Source of the DNA: Octopus sinensis
Taxonomy: Eukaryota
NCBI RefSeq assembly: GCF_006345805.1
Contig: NW_021836312.1
Coordinates: 3,207-67,206, forward strand
DNA: 64,000 nucleotides
Direction: 5' to 3'
Position 1 is the stretch's first letter. Each line of letters opens with the position of its first letter. This document shows, one piece after another, positions 25,832 through 39,726 of the stretch. Under the pieces are notes generated by a model that worked only from the letters and a program-made list of their open reading frames with translations, ran no database searches and was not told where the DNA came from. Position numbers and translations under genes: made by a program.

Positions 25832-26225
25832 ATTATTTACTACCCACAAGGGGCTAAACACAGAGGGGACACACAAGGACAGACAAACGGATTAAGTCGA
25901 TTATATCGACCCCAGTGCTTGCGTAACTGGTATTTATTTAATCGACCCCGAAAGGATGAAAGGCAAATTTGACCTCGGCGGAATTTGAACTCAGAACGTA
26001 GCGGCAGACGAAATACATATTTCTTTACTACCCACAAGGGGCTAAACACAGAGGGGACAAGCAAGGACAGGCAAAGGGATTAAATCGATTAAATTGACCC
26101 CAGTGCTTTAACTGGTACTTATTTAATCGACCCCCAAAGGATGAAAGGCAAAGTTGATCTCGGTGGAATTTGAACTCAGAACGTAGCGGCAGACGAAATA
26201 CCGCTAACGATTCTGCCAGCTCGCA
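25832..26225 (-). mobile_element. SINE family B head-to-tail dimer within one 15-bp TSD
   Basis: Two B bodies joined at 26016/26017; TSD TATATGACGATACCT at 25817-25831 and 26228-26242. Confidence 0.9.
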
Positions 26226-26439
26226 GGTATATGACGATACCTGTTTACACTATAACCGTGTAGTAACAATTAAACATATAACGAAGCAGGGTAACAACAA
26301 CGTAGTAAGCCAACAAACTCTCCATGAACTATACACGAGCCAACACAAACTACAAAAACAACACCTTACGACTTCCTGCGATTAACGCCTACTCTCTGCC
26401 TCTCACTGAGACCGCTACTATTCATAGTCGTTCGGTCAA

Positions 26440-27891
26440 GTCAAATCTCGCAAGGAATATAAATAATTGACCTTTCAATAAATTTTATACAATGAAATAA
26501 TTTCCATAATTATTAATGACCTTTGCACATCTATAAAGCAATTTAAATATTCCATCAGCATACAATTTTAGTTTTCAAGAAAATGAGTTATCTCGATGCA
26601 TTTTGAATCAATCTAAATCATTAAATGTTTTTCCTTGCAATGAGTTTTGTAGAGTCGAAAACAAGTGGTAGCCGTAGGGCACAATATAAGTAGAATATGG
26701 TGTGTGGGGTAAGAGATCCCAGCCAAGTTCTTGTAACTTCGCTTGGATAGCCAAAGACACATGTGGTCAGGCATTGTATCCTTGGAACACTATCCCTTTC
26801 CTGGTGGCAATTTCCGGCCTCAGTTCTTAGAAATTTTGGTTCAAATGAACCAGCTTACGACAGTAAACATCCGCATTAATGGTTTGATTTTGTGGGAAAC
26901 GCTCATAATAGATAATGCTTTTATGATCCCACCAAAAACAAAGCGTGGCTATATGGATTCGGTACAAAGGCAGCGAGCTGGCAGAAACGTTAGCGTGCCG
27001 GGCGAAATGCCTAGCGGTATTTCGTCTGTTGTTACGTTCTGAGTTCAAATTCCGCCGAGGTCAACTTTGCCTTTCATCCTTTCGGGGTCGATAAATAAAG
27101 TACCAGTTTCGCACTGGGGTCGATGTAATCGACTTAATCCCTTTGCCTGTCCTTGTTCGTCCCCTCTATGTTTAGCCCCTTGTGGGCCGTAAAGAAATAT
27201 ATTTTGGATTCGGTATTCGTTTGTGGTTGCTGTTTTGAGAGATCGTTAAGTAAACTCCATGATCTTTTTCGCACTACTTTTTGGTACACAATCCACTTTT
27301 CATCTCCAGTCACACGTTGTTTCAAAGAGGGCATGCTTTCATTCTGTTTCAAAAGCATATCACAAATGGAATACCGGTCCAAGCAATTCCTTTTTGAGTT
27401 TGTGAGGGATACATACAATATAGCGTGGAATGTATCCTATGTATAAGCCGTACTTTTAGAAACTTCCAACTCCTCTGCAAGATAATTGAGTTTTCTTCGA
27501 TTTTTGCCTTCAAAACATCTTCATCCAATTCTGAAGGTCTTCCATAGCGACTGACATCTTCCAAGTTAAAGCTTTAGATTTTGCAAACTAACTTCGAACA
27601 ATTGATTCACCTACAGTACCATCACCATACACTTCTCAAAATGTTTTTCAAGTTTTGCAGTAGTTTTCTTATTTTTTTAAAAAAAGAAAGGCTTTAGAAT
27701 GCGAACATGAAATTTTTGGTTATCCATTTCAAATGTCAGGAAAGCGTAACCGGAATGAAAGATAAATCTATTTTTAGTTTGGAACAAAGAATAAATACTC
27801 TAAGTTTTTAATTATAATACATTTCAGGTGTGTTCAATGAAGCGTTAAAAATTTAGCTTAAAAACCCTCGAAACTATCCGGAAACCAAATG
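26440..27891 (-). mobile_element. Decayed mariner (DD34D) transposon interrupted by SINE-B
   Basis: Minus-strand peptides YGRPSELDEDVLKAKIEEN, RVTGDEKWIVY, CFWWDHKSIIYYE...QTINADVYC, and a YSPYIAPYGYHLF-like segment; left boundary approximate. Confidence 0.88.
26969..27199 (+). mobile_element. SINE family B, full length, inserted into mariner
   Basis: Complete B sequence; TGGATTCGGTA duplicated at 26954-26964 and 27205-27215. Confidence 0.92.
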
Positions 27892-27902
27892 TATATTTTT
27901 TA

Positions 27903-28240
27903 TTCTTTTATTCTTTTATTGTTTCAGTCATTTGACTGTGACCATGATGGAGAACCGTCTTCAAGGGTGTTATTCGAAGAAATTGACTGAAGGACTTATT
28001 CTTTGCAAGCCTCTAGTACTTATTCTATCGTTCTTTTTCCGAACCACTATGTTACGGGCACATAAACATACAAGCGTCGGTTATTAAGCGAGGTGGAGAG
28101 GCAAACGCAAACACGCACAAATATATACATACATACATACATACATACCTATATAATATGTATGTTGACATATATACGTAGTTGGGAAGCAACCATGTGG
28201 TTGAGAAGGAAGCTTCTTACCACACAGCCACGCATGCGCC
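27903..28240 (-). mobile_element. SINE family A, diverged with internal deletion
   Basis: Reverse-complement tail at 27921-27958 and head at 28185-28240. Confidence 0.8.
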
Positions 28241-28253
28241 TATGAGTGTAGGC

Positions 28254-28321
<68 letters not shown>

Positions 28322-28487
28322 GTGTATGTATACATATATATGTATAGACAGACAAACAAAGCGAGAGATAGATAGATGGATAGATAGATAGATAGATCGG
28401 CAAACAAGCCACAGTTATATAGATAGAGTGGTATATATAGCTTTAGAATGAATATAGATTTACGTATACATTTATCTATATATTACC

Positions 28488-28531
<44 letters not shown>

Positions 28532-28653
28532 GGTAATATATAGATAGATGTATGCATAAATCTATATTCATTCTAAAGCTATATATACCACTCTCTCTTT
28601 CTCTCACACTTTCTCTCACACTTTCTCTCTCTCTCTCCTTCTCTCTCTCTCTC

Positions 28654-28707
<54 letters not shown>

Positions 28708-28793
28708 GCTATTTATGCACACACATACACATATATACACACATAGCACACATATATATTTATATGAATACATACATACACACCACACCACAC

Positions 28794-28853
<60 letters not shown>

Positions 28854-29718
28854 CACGTGTATCTATATATGTATGTATCTATTTTCAGAGCTATATTTGA
28901 AAGATAAAAAAAAATTCTAGTGCGAATATCACAGTATGTGAAAGGTTGTGTGATTGTGTATTTATATGTGTGTGTGTGTACGTATGCCTGTTACTTTGCG
29001 CTGGGATGTGTATGTGTCTCCTTTATATAATGGGTATATAGGGATATGTTTATTGAGAAACTGTAGAACAATCTTTATTGACCCAAAGAACGAATAATGC
29101 CAAGAAAATTAAAATGCAACAAAAAATACCAAATATGTTTTTTAAAGTTTCTTTTTAAAAACATAATATATTTTAAATTGTTTTTAAATTCAAATCAAGA
29201 GTTAGTTTAAAATTTCCGGTTGACATATCACCGAATTAAAAAAAGAAATTGGAGATGGAAAATGGAATACGATGTGTGCAATGTTGGAAAATGTGTTTGG
29301 AGCTAGTGAAATACAAGACAGCAGAAAAGACTAAATGATGCAAGTTGTAATGTCAACATGAGGATATGGTTCGAGCAACGTTGAATTTTTTTCTTTTAAT
29401 TATTCAGCAATTTAATGTTTGACGAAGCTTGAAATAAATGGTGTGTTTAGTGAAAGTAGAGACAAGGTAAATTTACATACATCGAGTCTCAAAATTTATT
29501 CAAGTGTTCCAATTTACACCGTCTATAGCTCACACACGCGTATCATCTTACAGCGCCCATTGTACTCTCACATACACTTTTATGCTTCCCTACAAACCTA
29601 CTCTCCCTCCTTCTCCTTTTTCCTAACTCCTTCTCTACCTCCCTGTTTCCCTCCTTTCCTACCTTTCTATTCTATGTAAATACCTACCTACCCATATATA
29701 CGTATATATTTTATTATG

Positions 29719-29754
<36 letters not shown>

Positions 29755-29758
<4 letters not shown>

Positions 29759-30582
29759 GCTGAGTAAAAAGTAAGCAACTAAGCAACGTTTTCGAGCATG
29801 AAATTCATCACGATATATTTCAACAATGCGGAAATTTTATTCAACAAAGTTACTACTATTACAATCAACACATCTCTGCCAACGAGTTACGAGCTTGTTT
29901 ATTCCGGTAACATAAAAATCTAGAGTTCTGGAGCTGATGAACTCTTCGAACACACTTTCAGCATCGGTTTGATTTTTGAACTCCTTCCCTCGCAGGAAAC
30001 CACCAAGGTTTTGAAAAAGTGGTAGTCGGTAGAAGAATGGTCTGGGGAATAAGTTGGGCCGGGAGAACTTCGTAGCCAAGTTCTATCAATTTCTGGAGCG
30101 TCATAACTGAAACGTGTGGTCAAGCATTTTCATGAACGATGATTGGCCCTCTTCTGTTGACCAGTCTGGGACTGAGAAGTAGCGGTTTTTCGTTCATTTT
30201 GGCAATTTCATGGAAATATGTTTCTGCATTAATGGTTTTGCCAGGTTTAAGAAGCTATAGTGGATGAATCCAGCTGTACACCACCAAACAGTTACCATAA
30301 ACTTCTTTTTGAGCTTGTGTTTAGGGAAGGTTTTGGTGCTTCCTTTTGGTCCAGCGACTGTGAAGAACGTTTTTTTTTTTATTATTGTACAGAATCTACT
30401 TTCATCGCAAGTTACAATACAGTCACGAAATGGATCGGTCCGATTTAGGAGAAGAAACGACGAGCAAATTTCATATATTTGCATTTGCTGATTTTCATTC
30501 AAATCGTGCGGTACGCATTTGTCGAGGTCTTTTGATTTTCCGATCGCATGCAAATGGTTGCAAGCAGTTTTCTTGTTAACCA
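29755..30582 (-). mobile_element. Decayed mariner transposon, 3' two-thirds
   Basis: Peptides VPHDLNENQ..IVTCDE, KFMVTVWW..GFIHY, YSPDHSSTDYHFF, FYVTGINKLVTRWQRCVD; terminus TA|TCAGGCTGAGTAAAAAGTAAGCAAC. Confidence 0.9.
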
Positions 30583-30583
30583 C

Positions 30584-30662
30584 TATGCATATGGCATAGT
30601 GATTAAGAGCGCGGGTTACTAACCCCAATATTCCGAGGTCGATTCCAGACAGTGACCTGAAT
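30584..30662 (+). mobile_element. tRNA-derived SINE head followed by (TAA)n
   Basis: A-box-like TGGCATAGTGATTAAG (30592) and B-box-like GAGGTCGATTCC (about 30635-30646); no proper acceptor stem. Confidence 0.75.
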
Positions 30663-30669
30663 ATTAATA

Positions 30670-30760
<91 letters not shown>

Positions 30761-30776
30761 TAATAATAATAATAAC

Positions 30777-31262
30777 ATTGTTTTCTCTTGGTATAAAAGA
30801 TGGGCTACAGCAAATATTCTGCTCAATACCACAGATTTGCTTGTCGGTTGTTTGACCTTAACCAGTTGAGCATGTCCCTTAGTAGGTGACGATATGTGCA
30901 TCTCTGATCACGAGCAGAAGTAGTGGGGGAGCATCATAGCCATGTGTTGAGAGGGATTATTTGGGGTTTAAATAATTCACCTCTGGAAACATGGGTGGTT
31001 CTTTCAACATCCTTAAACAGCCCTTATTCAGGGACCTTTTGAGCGGGATGGGCTACTCAAACTGAAGAAAATTCTAACTGAGCCCCACCTGCAAGGTCAT
31101 GTGCAGTATATCTTGATATGAGATCACCATGTCGCGCACATATGGTTGTGATGCATGTGCATGGTGTACCCTTATCAGACGGGTAGTCATGATGGGTATA
31201 TTTGGCTTCGTGTATTTTACCCCAGTGTCACTTTGATGTCATGAACTGCTCTCTCAATCAAT
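30777..31262 (+). mobile_element. Non-coding retroelement 3' fragment inserted in (TAA)n, probably R4/Dong-type LINE 3'UTR
   Basis: ~480 bp of complex sequence bounded on both sides by long (TAA)n; Dong elements are known to target TAA repeats. Class is inference. Confidence 0.55.
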
Positions 31263-31263
31263 C

Positions 31264-31313
<50 letters not shown>

Positions 31314-31366
31314 CAACATCGAAAAATACCTTAGGGATGAGAAACCAGGTTCGAAATTTCCCCAAG

Positions 31367-31410
31367 GCACCTGATGAAGGCTGGAGGGTATATCAGCTGA
31401 AACGTTGTGT
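31367..31410 (+). ncRNA. Minimal type I hammerhead ribozyme motif (PLE-type, loopless ACGU helix III)
   Basis: GCAC CUGAUGA A GGCUG-gagggtatat-CAGCU GAAA CGU U^ GUGU; helix I CAC/GUG plus G-U; helix II 5 bp with a terminal G-U. Confidence 0.8.
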
Positions 31411-31639
31411 TAACAACAAACAAAATGAGGTCAGATATCTGTCAATTGTAAATAATGTAAATAAGGTGTATATATATGTTGTCATTTCTTTCTCTTTTGC
31501 CTGCGTTCTTTGCCTTTTAAGTGTTGTGGTTTTACTGAGATCTCCCTTTTAAGTAGAAAGAATAGCCATAACTCGTTGACTGCTATTTCTAAATTCGGTG
31601 TGTGGTGAGGTAAATAGTTACTAAACCTTTAATTACTTA

Positions 31640-31676
<37 letters not shown>

Positions 31677-32582
31677 TACATTTATGGGAATATGTATCTA
31701 TTAATAACCGTAACCAACCAGATTTTTCAGAACGTCGAAATACATACTTTGCTGTATTTGTTCCGTCACTAATAGGTCTGATGAAATCCACACCCCGCTC
31801 AATGTCACACACACGCAGACACACACTAACACGCACACATCTTTTATTCATATATCTTTTAAAACGGGAAGCGTTTTGAATATGGAAATATAGTTCCTAT
31901 CTTATTATGCCGGCCACAGTCTAATGATGCTGACTGGTGAACCGGGTTTTTGAGATACTACCCTGTAATCATCCCAGGAATACGGACTGTAACCTTAAGG
32001 GACATATGTTTTGTGGAAAGGTGCATAACGATACATTAAATGCATATATATTCCATCCAAGAATTATTGTTATTACACACACACACATATATGTGTGTGT
32101 GTATGTATGTATATATATATTTAAATATCGCTATTATCAAGTGGCCTGCATGGGAATGAATACCATACAAAGGTGATAATCTTTTACAACTATAAATAAG
32201 GGTATCTGAGAGACATCACCACTCCAAAAGAGCAGTCAAATCCCTGACTCTAAAAACCAAATTAAATGTTTATATCGCACCATAAGATAAGACAGAGAGA
32301 CAAAATAAACTGGCAAAAAGATATTACTGAATAATTCTAGATCCTGGATTTCTAGCTTAGCTTCAAATAAGCTCTGCTTTCGTCAGTTGAATATATCAGA
32401 TGGGCACATAAATACAAATATATATATACAGAACACACGTTATACTTACGTATACGAACGCCCATACCTGCATATATATGTACGTATGTACAAGGCCAGT
32501 TCAAATTGCCCGCCAACCACCTCATATATATATATATATATATAATATATATATATATATATTATATATATATATAATATAT

Positions 32583-32616
<34 letters not shown>

Positions 32617-33615
32617 CATATATATATACATACATATATTCTTGTACATACATATATACATACATATATATATATATAATATATATATATATATAATGTG
32701 TGTGTGTGTGTGTTTGTGTATGTGTGTTTGTGCGAGTGTGTGTGTACTTTCACCAATTTACAAATAGAACTTAAAGAAAAGAAAAATGTGTTTCCTTCAT
32801 ATATTTTGAAGTTTATCCAAACTTTAGTTGATTGAAGAGGAAACTGGTTGAAAGAGAGGAAATGTGGAAATAAAGCTTACTTACAATATAGAATCCTCCA
32901 GTTGAACTTTATTTCCAAATAGATTATATTTATGTGCTACTGAATTCTATTATATATAGTTACCTGATGATTCGACTTAAGTTAAATTTCAAAAACACAC
33001 ACACATACACACACACATACATATGCAAGGATAACTCTGTCTAGTTGTTTATGAAGTTTATTTTATATATATACATTTACTTGAATGCTTGAATAGAAGT
33101 GATAAGTACCATATGATGATGTTTCTATTTACCAATTTAAAACGAATAATAAATTATGGATATATTCTAAAATCAAATCTTTGTGAAATATATTCAAAAT
33201 ATTTCTATGTCGAAAATATTTATGCGTCTAAAAATATAGCGCAATATTCCAACTGTGAAATATTTCTTTCAGCGAAATTCTCTTCACATTACGTCAAAAA
33301 TTAATTAAAAACAGAAATACTGAAATAGATACTCATCGGATTTAATGTTAAAATATTGAATATAATCTTCGGATTAAATTCAACCTTTGTGCAAGCCTCC
33401 GGAATGATGTTTCGAAGTTTTTCGCATAACTTTATTGAAGAATGTAATCACATTATGAAATTCAAGTTTATATTTACATATATCATATATGGATGCATAT
33501 TTATACATATATATTACGTACATGTACATGTTTTATAAGTATGTATATATATTGTATATATATATATGTATGTTATATATATGTATACATACATATATAT
33601 ATATATAATATATAT

Positions 33616-33648
<33 letters not shown>

Positions 33649-33674
33649 CATACATACATATAATATATATACAT

Positions 33675-33706
<32 letters not shown>

Positions 33707-33719
33707 ATATATATATATT

Positions 33720-33782
<63 letters not shown>

Positions 33783-33799
33783 CATACATATATACATAC

Positions 33800-33885
<86 letters not shown>

Positions 33886-34805
33886 GGATAGAATATTTAT
33901 TTATTAAAATATACACTTTTCCAAGCAGTGAACGACACTTGCCAACGTATGACATTTTGTTTGTATGAAAGAATATTACTAGGAGAGAACTTCACACGTG
34001 AAGTGGTCAAATCATAATCTGTTCAAGGCAATGTTACGCTTAAATTTTAAGTGTTAGGTTTGTTATAACATTTAAATTAATATGCAGTTGTATGGTTTCA
34101 GTAATACTGCAGTTAATACGAATGGTCACTTTTGGTCAGCTAAATCACTGACATAGAATTTCCTCAGTTTCTGATTGTGATCACCGGGATTTATGTAAAG
34201 AACAAAATCAAATTTTAACTTTTCCCATAATCAAAATTCGTTCGAAGGAAAACTTGTATGGAGTGGCTCGATGCTTCGGAAATATGACAGAATCTCCCTA
34301 AAGAGCTCCGATCAACAACCTATCTTTTCAGACAGACACTAAAGGCACGGATATAGCATGAATACCTTCGGTTATGCTATCCTTCGAGTGTAGCTGATCA
34401 GAATGTAAACAACGATGGGAAGAAGAACCAACTATCAAATGAATTGCTCGATGTATGATTTTTCAAGGTTTTTTTTTTTTTTTTGAGGAACACATGGTTT
34501 TACCAATGGTTCTTTTCCGCCCTTAAAAACTGGTTGCGAACGTAGGTTCAAACTTGAAACCTAGCTCGAATGCTTGAGACAGGGTGAACTTTCCTTAAGT
34601 AATTGGAATACCTTTGTAAATGTATTAGAGTTAAGCCGTATTTCTCGATTTGAAATGAAAAGCGAAGAGCTGAAACAAAGATCATAAGATATCATTTCTG
34701 AATCTCTAAAAGTTTCGAAGGTCCGATTAACACGTAGTTCACCCATCTCGGAAATATATGAAGTAAACTTAACCTCGACGAAATTTGAATTAAACGAATG
34801 AATTG

Positions 34806-35422
34806 CCGTAATAAATATTGGTTGCAAATTTTGCTACAACGCCAGCAAGATCAGGAAAGGGTGTAAGTTGATTACATCGACCCCAGTGCTCAACTGGTAC
34901 TTTGTCGATTCCGATAAGAGGATAAGCAACATCGGCTACGGTGAAATTTGAACTCAGAATGTGAAGACGGACGAAAAGCATTTTTCCTGACGTGTTAACA
35001 ATTCTGCCAGCTCGTCGCCTTAAGTGCTGTAATAAATATTAGTTTCAAATTTTGGCATAAGGCTACCAAGATCGAGAGAGGCCGTAAGTCGATCCCATCG
35101 ATCTCAGTACTCGACTGGTACATCTTTTATCAAAGTCGATCTTGGCGGAATTTGAATCCAGTAAGTAAAGAGGGACGGAATTCTGTTAAGTATTTTTCCT
35201 GGCGTGCTAACGATTCTGCCAACTCGCTACTTTAAGTCCCTTAATAAATATTGATTCCAAATTTTGGCACAAGACCAGTATTTTCAGGAAAGGGGGTAAA
35301 GCATCGTTTGCACCGACCCCAGCACTCAGCTGGCACTTATTTTATAGACATTCAAAAGGATGAAATTCGGCAAAGTTGAATTCGGTGGAATTTGAAATTT
35401 AGAAAGTAAAGACGGACGAAAA
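34806..35422 (-). mobile_element. Three tandem diverged SINE-B-variant copies with an alternative tail
   Basis: Each unit has AATAAATATT...AAATTTTG(G/C) at its 3' end and GAA/GGAATTTGAA...GACGGA at its 5' side; units start at about 34806, 35028 and 35243. Confidence 0.75.
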
Positions 35423-35679
35423 GTCAGTCAGTAGGCTTTTAAAGTTGTTCAGCCTCCATAATTGCTGGGGTTCCTTTGGGAACCACCTTAAAAGCCTCTG
35501 TTGGGACTATCAGATTTGCTCAATTGTTCTCTTGTTTAATTAGTTTCCATTCCTCTAGGAGCATCTGCTGCCTATTTGTAGGTCTACGGTATGTCAGCGC
35601 TTGGTCTTGGCTGCTGCTGCTGCAAAACTATTTTTGATATCTTCATTTATATTCTTTTCATTATTTTTGTTGTTGTCAT

Positions 35680-35842
35680 TGTTGCTGCTGCAGCTGCTGT
35701 TGTTGTTGTTGTTCTTATCGATGTTGCTGGGTTTTGTTCTTGTTGCTGTCGTCACTTTTGCTCTCGTTTTTGGTTGTTATTGTTGTTGCCATCGCTACTA
35801 CCACTGCTGTTACTTTCTTTTTCGTAGTTGTTGCTGCTCTCC

Positions 35843-35898
<56 letters not shown>

Positions 35899-35926
35899 AC
35901 TACTACCACCACTACTACTACTACTA

Positions 35927-35963
<37 letters not shown>

Positions 35964-35970
35964 AACTATA

Positions 35971-36033
<63 letters not shown>

Positions 36034-36042
36034 TTGCTGCTG

Positions 36043-36102
<60 letters not shown>

Positions 36103-36110
36103 TTTCTACC
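35680..36110. repeat. Compound trinucleotide microsatellite (GTT/ACT/GCT)
   Basis: Direct reading. Confidence 0.95.
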
Positions 36111-36504
36111 GCTGTTAGTGTTTCTCTTACTATTTTTGTTACTGTTCGTTATACATTGTACCATGACAGTCTTGTTCTTCTCCGGCTCCCCCTTCCCCTG
36201 TATTGTTGCCCGTGACAGAGGAAAGGGAAGGGAAGTCTTCATCTATTGCTACTTATTAGTAAGAGGGTTTGTTTTGTTCTTCCTCAACTCTTTCAAGATA
36301 CGCTCCGCCATCTTGTTGGGTTGTATTGATTCCATTAAATTTTAACACCGAATTTATTTGGTGGGCCGAAAATCGCCCCTCTGGGGGCTACACAGCCATG
36401 AAAAAATAATAGGTTCCTGGAACTTCTATTTACAACTTCGAATAAAATAATTATTGCAAAATTACACCAAACCTGGTGTAAATAAATATTTTGAAACGAA
36501 CCTA

Positions 36505-36661
36505 TCCATCCCAGTGTTTCACTGATACTTAATTTATCGACTTCGAAAGAATGAAAGGATGAAAGGCAAAGTCGACCTCGGCGGAATTTGAACTCAGAGC
36601 GTAGAGACGAGTGAACTATCGCTAAGCATTTCGCTCGGCTTGCTAACGATTCTGCCAGTTC
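36505..36661 (-). mobile_element. SINE family B, 5' part
   Basis: GGATGAAAGGCAAAGTCGACCTCGGCGGAATTTGAACTCAG...GCTAACGATTCTGCCAG. Confidence 0.85.
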
Positions 36662-36722
<61 letters not shown>

Positions 36723-37109
36723 TGATGATGATGATGATGATAACAACAACAACAACAACAATAATAATGGTCATATATCATTGACTACATTTTTACAAAA
36801 ATTATTTTAATTCCCGGGATTTTTATATTTTTTCTTTTTTACCCAATGTCAAATTTGACAGGTTTTACCTGAATGTATATTATCATGTATATAAATCTGA
36901 ATATGCGCATAAGGATGTAATAGAAAGAAAAAAAACATGCTAAAATATATTCCTGTAATAAATAGTATGCTGTAACACATTATTTCAATATTTCCTAGTT
37001 CATGCGTATTCACTCGTGTGTAGAGAGATTTTGTTGAGTGGCGCTATATTTAGTACACGTGCACGCCGGATTTTATTGGGATTGTCACGCTCAATTAATA
37101 ATTTTTCGA

Positions 37110-37140
<31 letters not shown>

Positions 37141-37331
37141 AACATATATACAGATGCATAGATACGCACACGCGTGTATAGACATACAAACTTACTTTTG
37201 CACGCAAACACAGATACATACATACATACATATATACATACATAGATACATACTTAGATACATAGATACATACATATATATATGTGTGGTATACATATAT
37301 TTTGCGCTTTTACTGTTCATGATGCAAACAT

Positions 37332-37362
<31 letters not shown>

Positions 37363-37393
37363 TATATATATATTAATACATATATAATATATA

Positions 37394-37456
<63 letters not shown>

Positions 37457-37660
37457 ATAACATATATATATATATATATATATTATATATACATATATAA
37501 TATATACATGTATATATACATAATTTATGATATATATATATATATATATATACATTATACACATACACACATATATATATGTGTGTGTGTATAATATATA
37601 TAATATATATTATATGTATATATATATATGTATATATAAATGTATATATATATATATGTA

Positions 37661-37728
<68 letters not shown>

Positions 37729-38516
37729 ATGTTTGCATCATATATATATATATGCATACATATATACGAATATGCGCAAGCACCAGTACAGACAGATACA
37801 TATACAGACACACGCATGCACGCACACATTGGGTCAATGTAAAGGGACACATGCATGCATGGGAAGCTGCCAGCCTTCACCAACCTTCGTGTAAATGTAC
37901 AAACAATTGGTCAACATTGACCGGCGGAGAGCCAACAAAACTTTCTCTTGAAACTCAGTTAATGAAGAATAGTTTCCTTACATTTCAGTTTCCAACTGGC
38001 CCATCACAGATTCCGGTCGCACCCGTTGTCGAAAGAAACGAGGTTATCGAATGTTAGAAAACATGCACCAAGAAAGATGGTTCAAATGGTACCATGTAGA
38101 CATTTCTCTTTACCATGCTTACAACGATGTGAAAAATCGACGAAATTTATCCACATATCTCGCACGTATTACGTGCAAGGGCTTTTTTCCTGGGTTACGA
38201 TGCTAGTTCGTTAACAACATAAAGGGTTATTTCTTGAGCAGGATGGCTACTATATAGAACGCCGTAATAAGGACAAATTCTGTTCTTCTATTGCTGGGCA
38301 GATTGTTCGAAAATATTTTCGAAACTATTCGATTGTTTCCAAACGGCTTCGCTACAGGTGCTGTGGGTTGTAGTAACAAAACCAACACAGACTGCGAGCC
38401 TTTGTTTCTAAAACAAATGCCACGAAATCACTAGGTACAACGGAAAACGACTGCAAATGAAAGCGGACACCCCACGTTTTTCGAGCATTCCAACACAGAT
38501 TTAGTAGTTATCACCG

Positions 38517-38552
<36 letters not shown>

Positions 38553-38589
38553 TGTTTTATTTATTAATATATTATATGACGGAACGCAC

Positions 38590-39395
38590 GCATCCCTTTC
38601 TAAGTAAGATTGTTCTTGATATTAATTTTGATGCGCACTCTTAACCTTTCTGTCCCCTTCCTTTCTCAGCCTTCATTCTTTGATTTCCTTTTCTTCTACT
38701 TAACTGTCTCTCCCTCTCTCTCATTCTTCACACTCTCTCTCTCTCTCCCTCTCACTCATTCTTCATTCTTTCTGGTTTCCTCACAACCATTCCCCTTTCT
38801 TCCCTCCCTTTCTGTTACTCCTCCTCCTCCCTCCCGCCGTCAACCCGCGACGAGAGCCTTGCCACCTTCTTTCTCGCCTGACCTTCTTGAGGTGTGGACG
38901 GCAATTTTGTTTGCTCCCTTCGCCGTCCACAGAAATAGCGTTCGTAATACTTTCGTTCGGCTTAACAGCCCTTCTTGTCTTGTTATTTTCCTTGTCCTGT
39001 CTTTTACTTATATTTTGTTTATTTTGTACTGTATTACTGTCCTGGTTTTGTTACCACTTTTACCCTCTGCAAAAAGATCTCAAATTTTATTTGATTTGCT
39101 TTTCGCAGGAAGGAATGTTTCTATCGAAGATACGTCTCGCCTTCACCTTCGAAACGTAGAGTAGATGAAACCATGGCGACTGAAGAAGGGGTTTTTTCCT
39201 TGTGTTATTTGTCCTGTACTCTATTTTTTGTTGTTTAAGAAAAATGTCCAGTTCCTTGGGTTTGTGTCTATGTTTTCGTTTCTCATTGTATTCGACGTTT
39301 ATTTGGTGTCCTGTACTCATATATGAGTGTATATATACATGTAGAGGTAGGTACGTACATATATGTATATATATATGCATATGTTTTATTTATTG

Positions 39396-39396
<1 letters not shown>
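38590..39396 (+). repeat. Unclassified dispersed repeat (PLE-like), 3' part shared with 850-960
   Basis: Shared tail sequence; internal 9-bp hairpin GTGGACGGC/GCCGTCCAC; CGAAACGTA motif at about 39150. Confidence 0.5.
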
Positions 39397-39448
<52 letters not shown>

Positions 39449-39613
39449 TATATACATAATATATATATACATATATATACATATATATATATACATACAT
39501 ATATATATATAATATATATAATACAAATATACATATATATATATATATAAAATATACATATATATACATATATACATATACATATACATTATATATATAT
39601 ACATAATCTATAT

Positions 39614-39671
<58 letters not shown>

Positions 39672-39726
39672 ATAAATATATATATATATAAAATATACTA
39701 ATATATATATATATATATATATATAT

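Noticed and set aside
39120-39200. GAAACGTA followed by CTGAAGA (possible type II hammerhead)
   Set aside because: Helix I cannot close between the motifs; the upstream core reads CTATCGA
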